64,000 nt of DNA from Octopus vulgaris (taxonomy: Eukaryota), in assembly GCA_951406725.2 (NCBI GenBank), contig OX597820.1, positions 88,102,001 to 88,166,000 of the forward strand, in the 5' to 3' direction. Shown here one piece after another: positions 39,890-54,800 of the stretch. Under the pieces are notes generated by a model. The model was not told where the DNA came from, searched no databases, and saw only the letters and a program-made list of their open reading frames with translations. How positions within the stretch are numbered: the first letter of the stretch is position 1; each line of letters starts with the position of its first letter. Both the position numbers and the translations under genes were made by a program.

Positions 39890-42800
39890 ATCAGCTTACA
39901 TCTTCTCCCCTCAAAATCTCTCCACCACCAGTCTCTTTCAGAAGCTGTCTCTTTGATTCATATTGCTGTGAAAGTTTGTTAATTTCTTCCCTCATTTTTT
40001 TCACTTCTTCGATTTTCTCATCTTTCTTGCGGGCAACAATGGTGGCCTGAAATCAAGAGTGAAACAGAGGATGTCATTACTGGCTTCACAATGGATCCAG
40101 AGACTATTTTACAATCAAGTATCAACGACATCCTTGCAATCATTCATTGATTTACAAATGTCAATCATATAAATTACTGAGAGATTTACTGAAAATGGTG
40201 CCATTCCCAAGACTCACCTGATTCCTAAACAAATGCAGTTTATCATCACCTCCATTTGATAAAATACCTTTTTTCTCAATTAGCTGATTGACTTCTGTAA
40301 TGAGGTCTTGAAGCTGAAAATAATTTGCAGGTAAACATTCTCCATGACAAATTCTCAAAAACAATAAAACTTGCACAGATTTCTTTAATATTTAGTTAAA
40401 TTTACATGGAAGAAAAAAAACCCCAAAAAGCAGACTTTTGAAGATATTCTACATAATTTTCCCTAATCTAGAAAAGCATCAAAGAAATTGATGAATTTTC
40501 ATTAAGCTATCTTTGTTGATTTACCATTTAATAAATATATGCAGTAAGGTGGCAGAATCATTAGCACAGTGGAGAAAATGCTTAGCAGCATTTCATCAGT
40601 CAATACGTTCTGAGTTCAAATTCTTCTGAGGTTGACTATGCTTTTTATTCTTTCAGGTTTCCATAAAATAAGTATCAGTTGAGCACTGGGGTTGATCTAA
40701 TCAACTTATACCTCCCCTGAAATTGCTGGCCTTGTGCCAATATTTGAAAACTAAATATATATATATATATATATATATATTCACTTATTTACTGTCCCAA
40801 AAGTAGAGAAGCAGGAAAACTTTTTGGTCTTGTCAAGGACAAGACTATGTCACTAATGCTGGTGCCATAACAAGGCATCCAGTACTCACTATAAAGTGTT
40901 TGGTGTTCTGAAGGGCATCCATCCATAAAAACCATGCTGAATGAAAATAATGAGAAAGGTATGGTTCCACACCATTTATGACCAGGAGCTATCAAGGATC
41001 ATGGCAACCTGCCAAGCCCAAGCTGTGGAAATTGAGAGATAATTTTCGAAATACCAGCAACCATACAGGACAGGAAAAAAATTAATGTGGATAAAAAGAT
41101 GATGGAGATACTGAAGGGCGGAATTACTTTTCATAAGTGGTTACCTAGCCTGAGAGGAGAGCAAAAGAAGGAGGGAAAGAGTATGATCAAGAAAGAGAGC
41201 AGAAACCGGTATATTAATCATCATCACGATGTATCTCCTTTACAACAGCATAATTGTTTCTGTCTTTTTCCTTGTTAACTTTCTCTCCCTCTCTCTCTAG
41301 ATAACCATGTATCTCCTATTCAGCAGCATGCCTGTTTCTGTCCTCATTTCTGATCACTCTCTCTCTACTCTGGTTAGGTAAGCATGTATCTCCTTTATTG
41401 CAGCGCACCTGTTTCTAACTTCTTTCATATTTCTTTATCGCCCACAAGGAGCTAAACACAGAGGAGACAAACAAGGGATTAAGTCGATTACATCGACCCC
41501 AGTGTGTAACTGGTACTTAATTTATCGACCCCGAAAGAATGAAAGACAAAGTCAACCTCAGCGAAATTTGAACTCAGAACGTAACAGCAGACGAAATAGT
41601 GCTAAGCATTTCGCCAGGCATGCTAACGTTTCTGCCAGATCGCCGCCTTCAACTTTCTTTCTTGTTAACTCTTTCTCTCTTTTTTTCTCTCCCTCTCTGT
41701 CTGTCTGTCTCTGTCTCTCTCTCTCCCTAGTCATTTCACTCTCTCTATAGCTGGGTAACCATGTACCTCCTCTACAGCAAGACATCTGTTTCTGTCTCTC
41801 CCTGTCACACTCTAACCTTTCATCATCTGGCACAACATCACCACTTCCAATGCCCCCTCCCCTCTCAAAGATTCCTTGTCTTTCAAAGTTACTTGGTGAC
41901 CCTGCCAGTGCTGGTGCCACTTAAAAAGCATCCTGTCCACACTATAAAGTGGTTGGCATTTGGAAGGGCATCCAGCTGTAAAAACATACCCAAACTGACC
42001 TCACCTGTAAAAAGCACTCAGCTCACTCTGCTGTGTGGTTGCTGTTAGGAAGAGCATCCAACCGTAAAAAAAAAAACATGCCAAAACAGACACTGAAGTG
42101 TGGTGCCAGCTTCTGTCAGGCCAGCTCCTGTCAAACCGTCCAACCCATGCCTGCATGGAAAGCAGATGTTAAACGGTGATGATTGGATGGCTTACCTGAT
42201 TTTCCAAATCCTCTAGTTCAGGCTGACCAAGAACACGCTCAGAAACAGCCATTTGCATAATGTTTTCAATCTTTTTCTTCTCTTCAATTTCTTTTACTTG
42301 TTGAGTAGAAACTACGTACTTGTTGGTCTTAATCTCTTCTTCAAGCTGCTGTAATATCACTACAAATACAGGTGTACATGGACAGATTAAATAGATCTGT
42401 TATGAATTAACCCTTTTGTAATCAGATTACTCTATCAAATACAATGCTTATTTATTCATACTGCTTTGACTTAATCATACATTATCTTGTAGCTTTGAGA
42501 TTTTGAAAATGCAATTGCTCATTTTTAGAATGACATTGTAAGGTAGGTGTGAGAGGCACTTTCTTCCTATGGCTGGGTTTCAACATGGGCCACAGTAACA
42601 AAGTCCATTTGCCATACTTCTCAGTCCAACATCACTGCCTTGAGGTTTTGGATACATTCCAGGTCATTGTCTGCGAACAAGTCGTCAATGCAAATGTAGC
42701 AATGTTTCCATCTTCTTACATCAACAAGAAATTCCAAAAGACTACGTCACATGCTTCCAGTTCAGGGTGGCACACACAGTGACGAGATACTTGCAGCCAT

Positions 42801-45800
42801 CTTTGCCTTATCTTGCTAACTTTTGGCAGGTTTCCATAAAAGCATCTGTTTGTCATATGTTGCTGCCATTTGTAGCATCCATTTAGCTAAGTTCAGTGTC
42901 CATGTTTCACTGCCATATAATAGCACTGATTTGACAAGTTTAAATGCTAAAGGGTAAATAGGGAAAGATTAAACATAGGTGTACATATAAAGATTAAATA
43001 CAGATGCATGGTTATATATTAAACATAGATATTTAGGAATGGATTAAAATAGGATACACTGTTGTAGATTAAAGGTAGGTATGGATTAAATACAAGTATA
43101 CAATGACAGTAAAAATGGAAATTGAAATGGTATTTAGTTTTTAAACACTTGGTTGATCATATGATCAATAACATGGAATCATGCCAGACATCAGCTTTGA
43201 AATGAATCAGCAGGAATTTTGGTATATGTTGGCAAGTCAAAATAAGTTTTGATTTTTTGTTCAAGATCGGAGTTGGGTAATAGATGTCAGAAAGGATAAT
43301 AGTAAAGACTATCAGACAGAAGTTGCAAAACTTTGATCCATTCCAAAAAATGCTGTATCACATTAATGTTCTCTTTTTCCTGAACTTTTGATGGTACATT
43401 CACATCTGCTGAACAGCTAATTTCCACAACAGTGCACGGCTTTTGTTCCATGTCTCACAGAACAATATGTTCCACACCATTTATGAAGGCAGTAACTGTT
43501 ATGTCTGCACAAAGGCAGTAACTCTGTTATGGTTGCACCGAGTGGCTGTTTCTATTGGAGTGTTCCACCAACATTCCTTGATTTTAAAGGTGTGAATACA
43601 TGTTGGTTCTGACATGCCTTTGATGTATACATCAGGACAATCCTGCATCCATATAGTGTTCTAATTAGTCTTTTCAACTATATAATACCTCATGGTCAGG
43701 TAGTATCTTGTAGACATTTTAGAGCAGCTGCTGATGATGTGGGTGATATATTCTACACTGGTATAGCAGAGCCAACATTTTCTATCACAATGTGGAGGTT
43801 TGGCGGTATCTTTGTCTCTCTTGTTTATCAGGTATTTAGCAGCTATCTCCAATACCTGGTTAGCAAATGCATATCATTCAAGGTGGAATGTAATGTATCT
43901 ACCACAGATCCAGGAGAGGCTACTGTTCCTGTAAATGCTCTTGTTACCCTCTAACATACAGGATACATACCCATGCATTGCTTTTTGCTGGGACTGATGC
44001 CTGCTTCTCTTCCAGCCTCCTTTGAGTCACATTAGATGATTGTACTCTGAAGGTGTAGTTGTTCTCACTTTTGAGTATGCATGTAATGTACTCATTTCTT
44101 CCTTTACTATTCAGCTGATGTTGTCTGAGTGATACAATGCGACATTCAAAGGTTGTTTGGACTGAAATATAGGAGGATCAATTAATTATGATTTTACTGA
44201 ACATATTCTCCTCTCAGATCCACTCATTGCAGCAGTCCTTCTGCTTTTCTAAGCCCTGTAAAAGAACTCAGAAGGTTGGGCCTCCAAACAGGCCTTTTGT
44301 CATACCCTTAAAACCAGGAACTTGTCAGTACCCTCTCATATATATAATACATATAGTTTTTTGGTCATTTGTGTGTGTGTTTTTCTGTATGTCGTTCAAT
44401 GCATAGACAATGCAACACAAACTTTAAAAAAAGACTTTCACTTTGAACAATTCATGAAGGTATGTGCATGATTAACAAATATTTTTCCCAGTAGGGTAAT
44501 GACGATTAACGACCTAGTGTCTTACAAAATTAGAAAATTAATTATAGACACCATATGATAACAGACAAACACTAGTCACAAACAGTGAGTAGGCACCTCA
44601 CTACATGACTTACTTTTTGCAGTTGCCCCATTCCTGTATTGCTGTGTGTTCTTTAGCTGTTGCTGTAACCTTCGGATCTTCTGTTCAGCTTGATGGATCT
44701 GATAGATATAAGATCATGGATTAATAGATTATAGAGAATTATTGCTGGAAACCAATTTAGCATAGTTTTAGTGCTCAGGAGAAAAAATGTTTGAGTTTAA
44801 TTTTAGAGTTAGAAGTGTATTAAAAAAGAAAAAAAGATCAAATTTATTTAATTACACTGTGTAACACAAATTTTGTCCCCGAGTAGCAACTGTTATTTCC
44901 GATTTATTTATCCCTAGAAAGTATGAACAACAGCTAATATTTCCTTCAAACTTTGCTTTTGTTACATTTATTCAAATCCCAAAGAATCCCTCTCAACCCA
45001 TGGCTATGATGCTCCCCCACTACTCCTGCTCATGATCAAAGATCCACATAGTGTCAGCCACTAAGGGACCTGCTCAAGTAGTTACGGTTAAGCAACTGAC
45101 AAGCAAATCTGTGGTATTGAGCAGAATATTTGCTGAAATGATATTTTTGCTTCAAGCAACTCAGCACCGAATCTGTCGGAAATGTAATGGAAAACAGGTC
45201 AGTTTCATAACATTGATGTCAAGGTCACAAAAGCAAAGTTTGACGGGAATAATAGTAATTTTGTTTTGATTTCTATATAGAAGCAAATAGGAAATAACAC
45301 TTACTGACCACAGACAATAAATAAATAAATATTTTGTCAAAGGTGTTATTATATTTCTATTATTTAGCTAGAGAAAGAGAGGAAGCACTTTGAGATCAGG
45401 ATCAGAAATCTGGCAAGGATATTTTCAACAGAATGGATTCCACTAGAAATATTCAAAGGCCAGGTGGTAGTGTTAAACCAAGTCAGATATAGGCAAACTT
45501 GTTCAAGAAGCAGGCCACATGAGACATGGCTCATTATCAAGCAGACTACACCATTAAAAAGATCATTCAAATTTTCATTGGCCATTCAGAAAGTCTTGTG
45601 AGCTGTAATTTGTTTATGACCAAACCCGGTAATGAATCTAAATTTACCATTTCTGGATTACCTTTGAACAAATTTCTTGGCAAAAAGTCTTTCACTTGGG
45701 AAAACATCCATTATTAAACAGAAAATAAAACTTATTTATTTCTAGTAAAACAGTAGAATCTGAGGAAACTTATAATGGTCTGTGTTAGTAAACAGTAAAT

Positions 45801-48800
45801 GAAAAATGGATCAAAAGGTGGAATAAGTTTGTTGTGAGTAAAGAAGTGATCTGATATTTGGGGCAGGGCCCTACTCGGAGTCTTAGTCTTCATTTATAAT
45901 AAGGATCTTCTTTCAACAGAAAGAGTCATGTGTCCTGTTTATTAGCATATGATACAGCATATAAATTTCTTATTTCTTTATTGCCCACAAGGGGCTAAAC
46001 ACAGAGGGGACAAACAAGGACAGACAAAGAGATTAAGTTGATTACATCTACCCCAGTACGAAACTGGTACTTAATTTATCGACCCGGAAAGTATGAAAGG
46101 CAAAGTCAACCTAGGTGGAATTTGAACTCAGAACGTAACGGCGGATGAAATACCGCTAAGCATTTCGCCCAACGTACTAACGCTTCTGCTAGCTCACTGC
46201 CTTTATTACTATATAACATATGCCATGGAAAAGGAGGAAATCATTGTTATTGACCAATATGCTAGAACATGTCAGTTGGCCCAGCCGCTCTCTGATTACC
46301 AAAGCAATTTCTTGACTTTTCAGAACCAAAGCTTTCCACCAATGAATAGTCTAACTCCTTTAGATTTGTAGATGTAAACAGTAAAATCCAACTTCTTATG
46401 GTTGTACCTACAACAAGGGTTGGACACAATACAGCAAGCAGATAAAAAACATGTAACATGACTGCTGTAACTTATTGTGAATTGTGTTATGGTGCTGTTT
46501 TTCTCACATATAGTGCCCAACTGACCCTACTATACTGTGTAGCTGACAAAATCAAAAACAAACAATGCACAAATGTAAAATTAAAAACATAAAATGATGA
46601 CAATTTACTCATCACACCCTGTACATATATACACACACACACACACACACATATGAATGTATGTATGTTTATTACATAGTAGTTTATTATTCACTAATTC
46701 ATTATAAAAATAACATACTTGCTCATTTTGTCTTTGCTTCTGTTCAGCAAGTTTCTTCTCTTCATCTCGCTCCCTTCTTAGCTTCCGTGCAACAGCCATC
46801 ATAGTTTGGGCATTTGGATGAGACTCAACCTACAAAAGCAATTAATCTCAAATGAAACATCCTTGCCATTTCAAGTGTCAGTAAAAACAAAAAAATCTTT
46901 GTCTATATCCCAACTACCTCCAAAAGAATGCACCTAACCAACAAAGATTCATACACCAAGATATTCAGATGTTTTTTGGTATATGACACCTTGTTAGTTG
47001 TCGAAGTACTGCATCCTTCAAAACTTCCAAGCTTCCTGAGATTCGCCAACACTACACCTGATTTTCTCCCCTCCATACACTTGCAAGCATGTATCTGACT
47101 CATACATTGTTCACTTTCCAGACATTTGTACATTACTGCATATGCTTTATATGCACTTTTGGCAAGTTGTGGTGCACCTGAGCACTGTATACAATAATTT
47201 CATTATTATCATTGGTCCCACATATGGATCACAGGTACATTGTCTTCCTTTTCTGAGTTTGCAGCACAACAACTTCTCCCCAGAGCTAGCTAGGTTTATA
47301 TCAACTCAATCCAAGACCATGCAACAAACTCATTTTCCTTTCTTTCATAATGTAGACTGTTCCATCACCTCTGCCAACATGATGTTAACATCATTCCGAA
47401 TATTTCTTGAAACTGTCAACAATATAGAATACCTTCTTGTCCATTCTCCACCCCTGCAAACACTGGCTTACTGATGCTCAAATTGTAAGTCTTGCTAATC
47501 TGGAAGAGCCTTCAATGGAGAAAGGGGTTGTCATCAGTGGCCCTGCCATCAAAACCATCATCATATCTTTGCTTTCCACGTCGACATTAATTGAATGAAC
47601 CTTCACGCTTTAAGTCAGTCCTTATTTACAGTTACTGCCCTTTAAATGAATGGGGCGACATATCGCTCATAAAGTAATGTCTTGACACAGTTTCTATTAC
47701 TTCATTGCCTTCCTAACAGCAACCACTTTACAGAGTGTATACAGTGCATTTTATTGTAACACCAGCACTTCTGAAGTTGTATGTACCCTGCAAGACAAAA
47801 GGCGTCCCCACTGTCTGTATTGTCACCTTTCATTCAGGGGCAATAACATTAACATGACCAAGGGATGGAAAAAAGTTCAGAACATGTTATCTTTATTGGT
47901 AACAAAAAGGCTCTCTCTTGAGTGATGGGCAGTTTGTATGAAAGGTATGCATAAAGCATTATGCTGTTTGGTAGTAAAGCATGACGTTTTGAATGCTGAG
48001 GATTAGTAAAGACTCAAAAAGAAACGAAGTAAGCTTGCTTTGCTGAATATGTAATCTTAGAGTGTATAAACAACAATGTAGAAATGCGCTGAGAGAAAAA
48101 CTGGATGTAAAAGTAATTAGCTGTTGTATGCAAGAAAGACTGTTCTGATAAGGGTGCATGATGTGTATGAAATGATGACAGTTGTATAAAGAACTCAGAT
48201 GGAACCTGTAGAAAAGAAAGAAAGTGGTGAAGACATGCTGTAATTCATGAAAGTGATGACAAAGGACCAATGTAACTGGTTATGCATGGTGCTGGAGAAG
48301 GCCAGTCTACCTGTACAAGAAGGGTTAAAATGCTAATTAAAGTAATGAAAGTGATGGATACTGGATTGTGTTATCCGTTGGCTTCCTATGCAGTCCTTAT
48401 CTGTGTTCCCCCATCTCCTCAATACCCTTTCTTTTTTTTTTATTCTCTTATTTACAATACTATGCCACCTATGCAACAAAGAGTGATGATATATCTGTCC
48501 TAATTCAATTACCACTCCCTGCTGCAACCATCACTCATATCTCTCTCTTTTCCCTCAAGATGCAGATTAACAAGGGATAAGATCTGTTCGTATTTGTTGC
48601 ATCCCATCAACATCTTTCTGCACTGCTAACCATTGATCCCTCTCCTCCAAGTCATTCATTAGTGACATCCATCACCCAGCCAATCTCTATGACTATCATT
48701 CACTAGTGCTTTCTCTCTCTTACCAGCAACCAAAACCTTCTGCACTGCTAACTATCATTCATTCTCCCACAGATTACTATGACATCCCTCACTCGCATTT

Positions 48801-51800
48801 GATCTCTTTCTTACCCACAAGCACCACCTCTCCCACATCATTGGCCAGAAGCCCTAAGCTAATATTGTCTCTCTTCTGTTACTCATTCCAGCATTGTCTC
48901 TGCCATTATTCCCTCCTCAATCAACCTCTTACACAAATCATTTCGTTTCCCAACATGTCTCACTTCCTTCACTGTCCCACCCATGTTCATATGTTGACTT
49001 GATTGAACAAAGACAGCATATTGAAGACTCTTTAGTCATGAGAGTTACAAAACAGCCCAACAGGTGTTGGAGCCATGATGAAATGTATCTAGTAACTCTG
49101 TGACATGTTTGGCTAACAAGAGAAGACAATACAGAGTTGAGAGCATTATAACCTCAGCAGTGTTGGTTCAATGAAGAGATACAGACAATACACTTTACGT
49201 TCTTAATTAAAGAAGGATCCATTGGATGAAATTGTCTATGATATACAAAACAATTGGATGGTCATTACTGGAAATATCATGGTTCTAGTTCTGGTTTATC
49301 AGGACTAACCTGGGGTTAAACAAGAACAACAGTATTAGCCTTGTGTGGCACGTAAAAAGCACCATCCGATCGTGGCCGTTTGCCAGCCTCGTCTGGCACC
49401 TGTGCAGGTGGCACGTAAAAAGCACCCACTACACTCACAGAGTGGTTGGCATTAGGAAGGGCATCCAGCTGTAGAAACACTGCCAGATCAGACTGGGCCT
49501 GGCGCAGCCTTCTGGTTTCCCAGATTCCAGTTGAACCGTCCAACCCATGCTAGCATGGAAAACGGACGTTAAACGATGATGATGATGATGATGAAGCAGA
49601 CTACGAAATTGTCAATGAAAAAATGACAAAATTAAATCAACAAAATACAGATAGTATTGTTTCTCTATTTCTTCTTCCTTCTACTTCCATTTCCTCAGAC
49701 AAATATTTTGAATGAAATATTTTCTATAAACTGTTTCAATGGAATTCCAAACAAAACGCAAATAGGAAGTCTTTTATTGCCCACCTCCACCATGACCTAA
49801 TTAAACTTACTTTATGCTTCAGCCTCTCAATACGTTTCAAAAGTTGTTCTTTTTCTTCCTCCATCTGGCTGATATCACGACGAATTTCGGAAGTGTTGAA
49901 GCTGGAGTTCCTTTGTTGCTCAGAATGTTTGTGCCATTCTTTGAACTGTTCAATCAGTTCTTCATACTGAAACAAAAGAAAACAAAATGGATATAACCAG
50001 AGATCATTTAGTTTTGATACACAAACGAACACATTAGTTAAACTACATCCTGGTGAAAGCAACAGATATCAAATGGGACCTTTCTATGTAAATTTCAGGT
50101 ACATTTCATATTATTTTAAATTTCTGAAATTTCATCAAAGAGTTTTTATAAGAAACAAGCTCATAAAAATGATAGATATCTTGAATGAAAATAAATTCAT
50201 GATGATGATTAAAAATGCAGAGTTTTATAAACTATGAAGAAAATTGTTTCATATATATCATAAAATATTTGTGTGGGAGGAAGGCATAATAGTTTATGAT
50301 TGGGGATGTGATGCAGTATGCTTCAACAAGGCACTCAACTATACTTGCTTCTGTTTGCCACATTGGCAAAACAAGATTTCACTTCGGAAGGTTATTCAGC
50401 TGTAGAAACAAAATCATTATCATCATCATTTAACATGTTTTTTTAAGCTGGTTTGGATTGAACTAGGTCTCACCCACTGTCACAATTCCTCATCGTCAGG
50501 GATGCACCACAACAGAGAATAACCAGCAATCTCTGTAGTTGTGTTCATATTACTTTTCTTTTTCTTTCTTTTTTTTTTGTAATTATTTTTAACAGACAGA
50601 TGCTCTTCCTATCGACAGTTATTTGAGAGCATAGACTGTGCATTCTTTATTGCGTTACTAGAATTAGCTGAGTTATCTGTACTGGCATTAAAGTGTCTCT
50701 TATATTCTGTAACAGTTTTTATATAGAAAGTCATTGCTCTTCTTATTCCAACAAAATCTAGCAAGAAAAACTTGAAGCAGGGAAAAACTAATTAAACTAA
50801 TACTAATGTACTTGTCTGACAGTGTTCAGGCATGGCTGTGTAGTAAGAAGCTTGTTTCCCAGCCATGTGGTTCCAGGTTCAGTCTCACTGCATGACACTT
50901 TGGGCAAGTGTCTTCTATTATAGCGACAAGCCAATGAAAGCCTTGTGAGTGGATTTGGTGAACGGAAACTGAAAGAAACCCATCGTATATATATCATCAT
51001 CATCATCGTCGTCATCATCATTTAACGTCAGCTTTCCATGCTAACGTGGGTTGGACGATTTGACTGAGGTCTGGCGAACCAGATGGCTGCACCAGGCTCC
51101 AATCATGATCTGGCAGAGTTTCTACAGCTGGATGCCCTTCCTAACGCCAACCACTCCATGAGTGTAGTAGGTGCTTTTTACGTGCCACTGGCACAGGTGC
51201 TAGGGGTGGCTGACAGTGTCCACAATCAGTTGGTGCTTTTTATATGCCACTGGCACGGGAGCCAGTCAAGGCGGTGCTGGCACCCACCACATTTGGATGG
51301 TGCTTTTTACATGCCACCAGCACAGGTATCACAACATGTGCATGTATATACTTATGTGTATGTATCTTTGTGTCTGTGTTTGTCCACCCCCCACCATTGC
51401 TTGAGAACCGATGGTGGTGTGTTTATGTCCCAGTAACTTAGCAGTTCAGCAAAAGAGACCGATAGACTAAGTACTTGGCTTACAAAGAATAAGTCTTGGG
51501 GTTGATTTCTTTGACTAAAACCCTTTAAGGTGGTGCTCCAGCATGGCTGCAAATTACTGAAATGTGTACAAGAAAAAAAATAAAAGAATAATACTACAAC
51601 TCTATCAAAAAGATAGCTGCAGGGAAGAGGAAGTTAGAAAGTGAAACCAAATAGAAGGTAACTTACTTGTTCATAGGATTCGATTACGGTTTGATCTTGC
51701 ATAATGTCTGTAGGAACAGTAATCTTCACAAGAAACTGAGCAAGATAAGCCCGTTTCTTCAGATCTGTTATTCTTTGTAGAAGCCATTCCAGGATAGGAT

Positions 51801-54800
51801 AAACAACTGACTTCTCAGCTTGAACAAGGCCACAGTTGAAATCAGAACTAAAACCAAAAAAATAAAGACTCACTTTAGGAAAACCATCTTTTAATCACCA
51901 CCATAATCACAACCATCATCATCATCATCTAACATTCAATTTTCCATGCTTGCATATGTAAAGAGAGGGGAAAACAGCGAAGACCTGTTGAGGCAATGGA
52001 AATCAAAATCAAATTCGATGACTGGCATCCATGCTAGTGGAGCGCTAAGAGTACCATACGAGCGTGATCGCTGCCAGTGCAACAAGCTGTCCTCCGTGCT
52101 GGTGGCACGTAAAAAACACTATTCGAGCATGATTGGTACCTGTGTCGCCTTACTGGCACTTGTGCTGGTGGCACATGAAAAAACATTCGAGCAAGGTCGT
52201 TGCCAGTGCTGCTGGATTGGCTCCTGTGCAGGTGGCACATAAAAAGCACCATTTGAGCATGGCCGTTGGCAGTACTGCCTGACTGGCCCTCGTGCCGGTG
52301 GCACATAAAAGCACCCACTACACTCTCGGAGTGGTTGGCATTAGGAAGGGCATCCAGCTGTAGAAACTCTGCCAGATCAGATTGGAGTCTGGTGCAGCCA
52401 TCAGGTTTGCCAGACCTCAGTCAAATGCTAGCATGGAAAGTGGACGTTAAACGATGATGATGATGATTAACTTATAAAACTAATTTTTTTTTTTTTTTTT
52501 TTTTTTTAAATATCTTAGTCACAGGAAAAAGGATAGTGCACGAGCTGCCTTTTTAGGGACTACAAGACTGATGGGATGAAGGAAAGAAGTTTCCCTCAGA
52601 CTGGGAGATCTGATTCAATTGTTTGCAGCTGAGTGAACCCTGCTAGAGTCACTATTGGACCATGGGCTATTTAGTGGGTATTAAACATGTCGAAAGATTA
52701 AGTCTGTCACCGGAAAACAAGAATGGTCCCACCAACAGGCTTCCATTCGACTTCAGCCTACCAAATTCTACTCAGAGTACTTAAGTCAACTTGAGGTTAG
52801 GTTAAAGACTTTTGCCCAAAGTTCTGTGCAGTAGGACTGAACGGAAAATTGCAGTTTTGAAGACAACTTCAGAACCACGCAGTCATGCCTTCCTCAGCGT
52901 AATAAATTTATGAAAATCATCTTGTCTTATTTTTGCTTGTGACTACATAGATACCTAAAACAATGAGGAAAGTATGGTACAAGCTACCAGATCATACACA
53001 TCGATGAGCAATAGCTATGCTTGTGTCTCTGTGTGTGTCACACTAGTTGGCAAGCTTTAAAAATGGAAGACACACTGGATATTGTATTCCTGGGTACACA
53101 ATGCCTGAAAAGCTGGAAGGTCTTTATTCAGGGCAGACAAAACATGACAGTTTGTATGTGGAGAGTTCAAAATGCAATAGGATATTTCATTACTGTTATC
53201 ATGTAACTCCAAGTCAGCCCTGATGGAGTGGAAATATCACCAAAAGTGGCTCCAAACATGGCCACTCTCTCCCACTCTTGTGGATTATGTACCTAGGACT
53301 ACATTATCTGATGTCTCCTTTCCCTTAACAAGACAGAAGGGTATCATGTAAGGGAGATTCCTCTGCTATATCTAGCAGATCAAATCAAGAAAACACATAC
53401 AAGTTCCTTTGTTGTTTATTTGAGTAATTATACACTTATTGTCCCCATTCTTTTAACTGGTTTCAATCATTGAACTGTGGCCATACTGGGCACTGCTTTT
53501 AAAGGCTTCAGTCGACTGTATTGACCCAGTAATCATTCTAAGACATTTATATATCAAATGACTACTACATAAATTGATGTAATTCAAGATAAAGATTTAC
53601 ATCAGTAAACACAGATATATGCACATCATCATCATCAGCTTTATTTTACATCTACTTTCCATTCTGACATGAGTTAGATGAGTCATCATGCTCTGAGACA
53701 ATTTTTATTCAAAGCTACTTTAGAGGAGTTGGTACACTACATCTAATTTGTACATCGCATCCTTGATATGATGCCCTTCCTGAAACTAAGGAATGAGACT
53801 TTTTTTTTCTTGCCCTTTTGGCATCACTGATATAACTGACATTTTTTATATCAGATGCTTTTTGTCCCAGGGGCCTTTTGCCACCATAAAAATTTCATTT
53901 TTTATTCTAGTTGATAACTAGCTTTTTATCACAACTACTAATCATTATTTAATTTCTACTTCACTTTATGTATATTATGGCTGTCTGTCTGTCTGTTTAT
54001 CTATCTATATGTGTGTATTTCTTTGCACATATACATGTGTATGTCTCCAATGCCAAAAAATACTATTACCAAAACAGGTTCAATGACCAGTCAGCCATGG
54101 CAGATTGTCAGTGTTCAAACTGCTGTGCCCAGTTGTCTTACTTTACAAAAACCAACCACTTTAAAAAGTAGGCAGAGTGCATTTGACTGTCATGTCATCA
54201 GCAGGACTAAAAAAATGCCGTTATGTTCTGGGTTCAAATTCCGCCTAGTCCTGCATCATTCAATCACACATTCAATTATCTTTAACTCCTACACAAAATT
54301 ATCTTAAATGATTAAAAATTCACATCTTGTCACCAAAACAACAGTGAGTTTCTTTTGCTACTGCAAAATCCCATTGGGTTAATTAATCATAAATAACAGG
54401 GCCAATTAGTGTTAATGAATTACAATAGGCTTTTCTAACACAGATTTGGGAAAATGACACAGTTAATTGCATCAATCTCATTACTTGCCTCGTACTTATT
54501 TTAAATCTTGAAAGCATGGGTGGCAAAGTTGATGCCAGTGAGATTTAAACTCAGACCACAAAGAGATGTAAGTACATACTGCATGCTTTTTTTGTCTGAT
54601 ATGCAGTCTATTCTTTGATCCCCTTTCTTTGACATTAACTTCTCACATTTTCACAAGGTCAAAAATCAGTAAGAGAGGAGTATGACCAACGAAACCAACT
54701 TCAACAAAATAATGCTTTCTACTATAAACACAAGATCTGAAATTTGAAGGGAATGGGTTAGTGAGTGAATTTGGTAGACAGAAACTGAAAAAAAGCCAGT

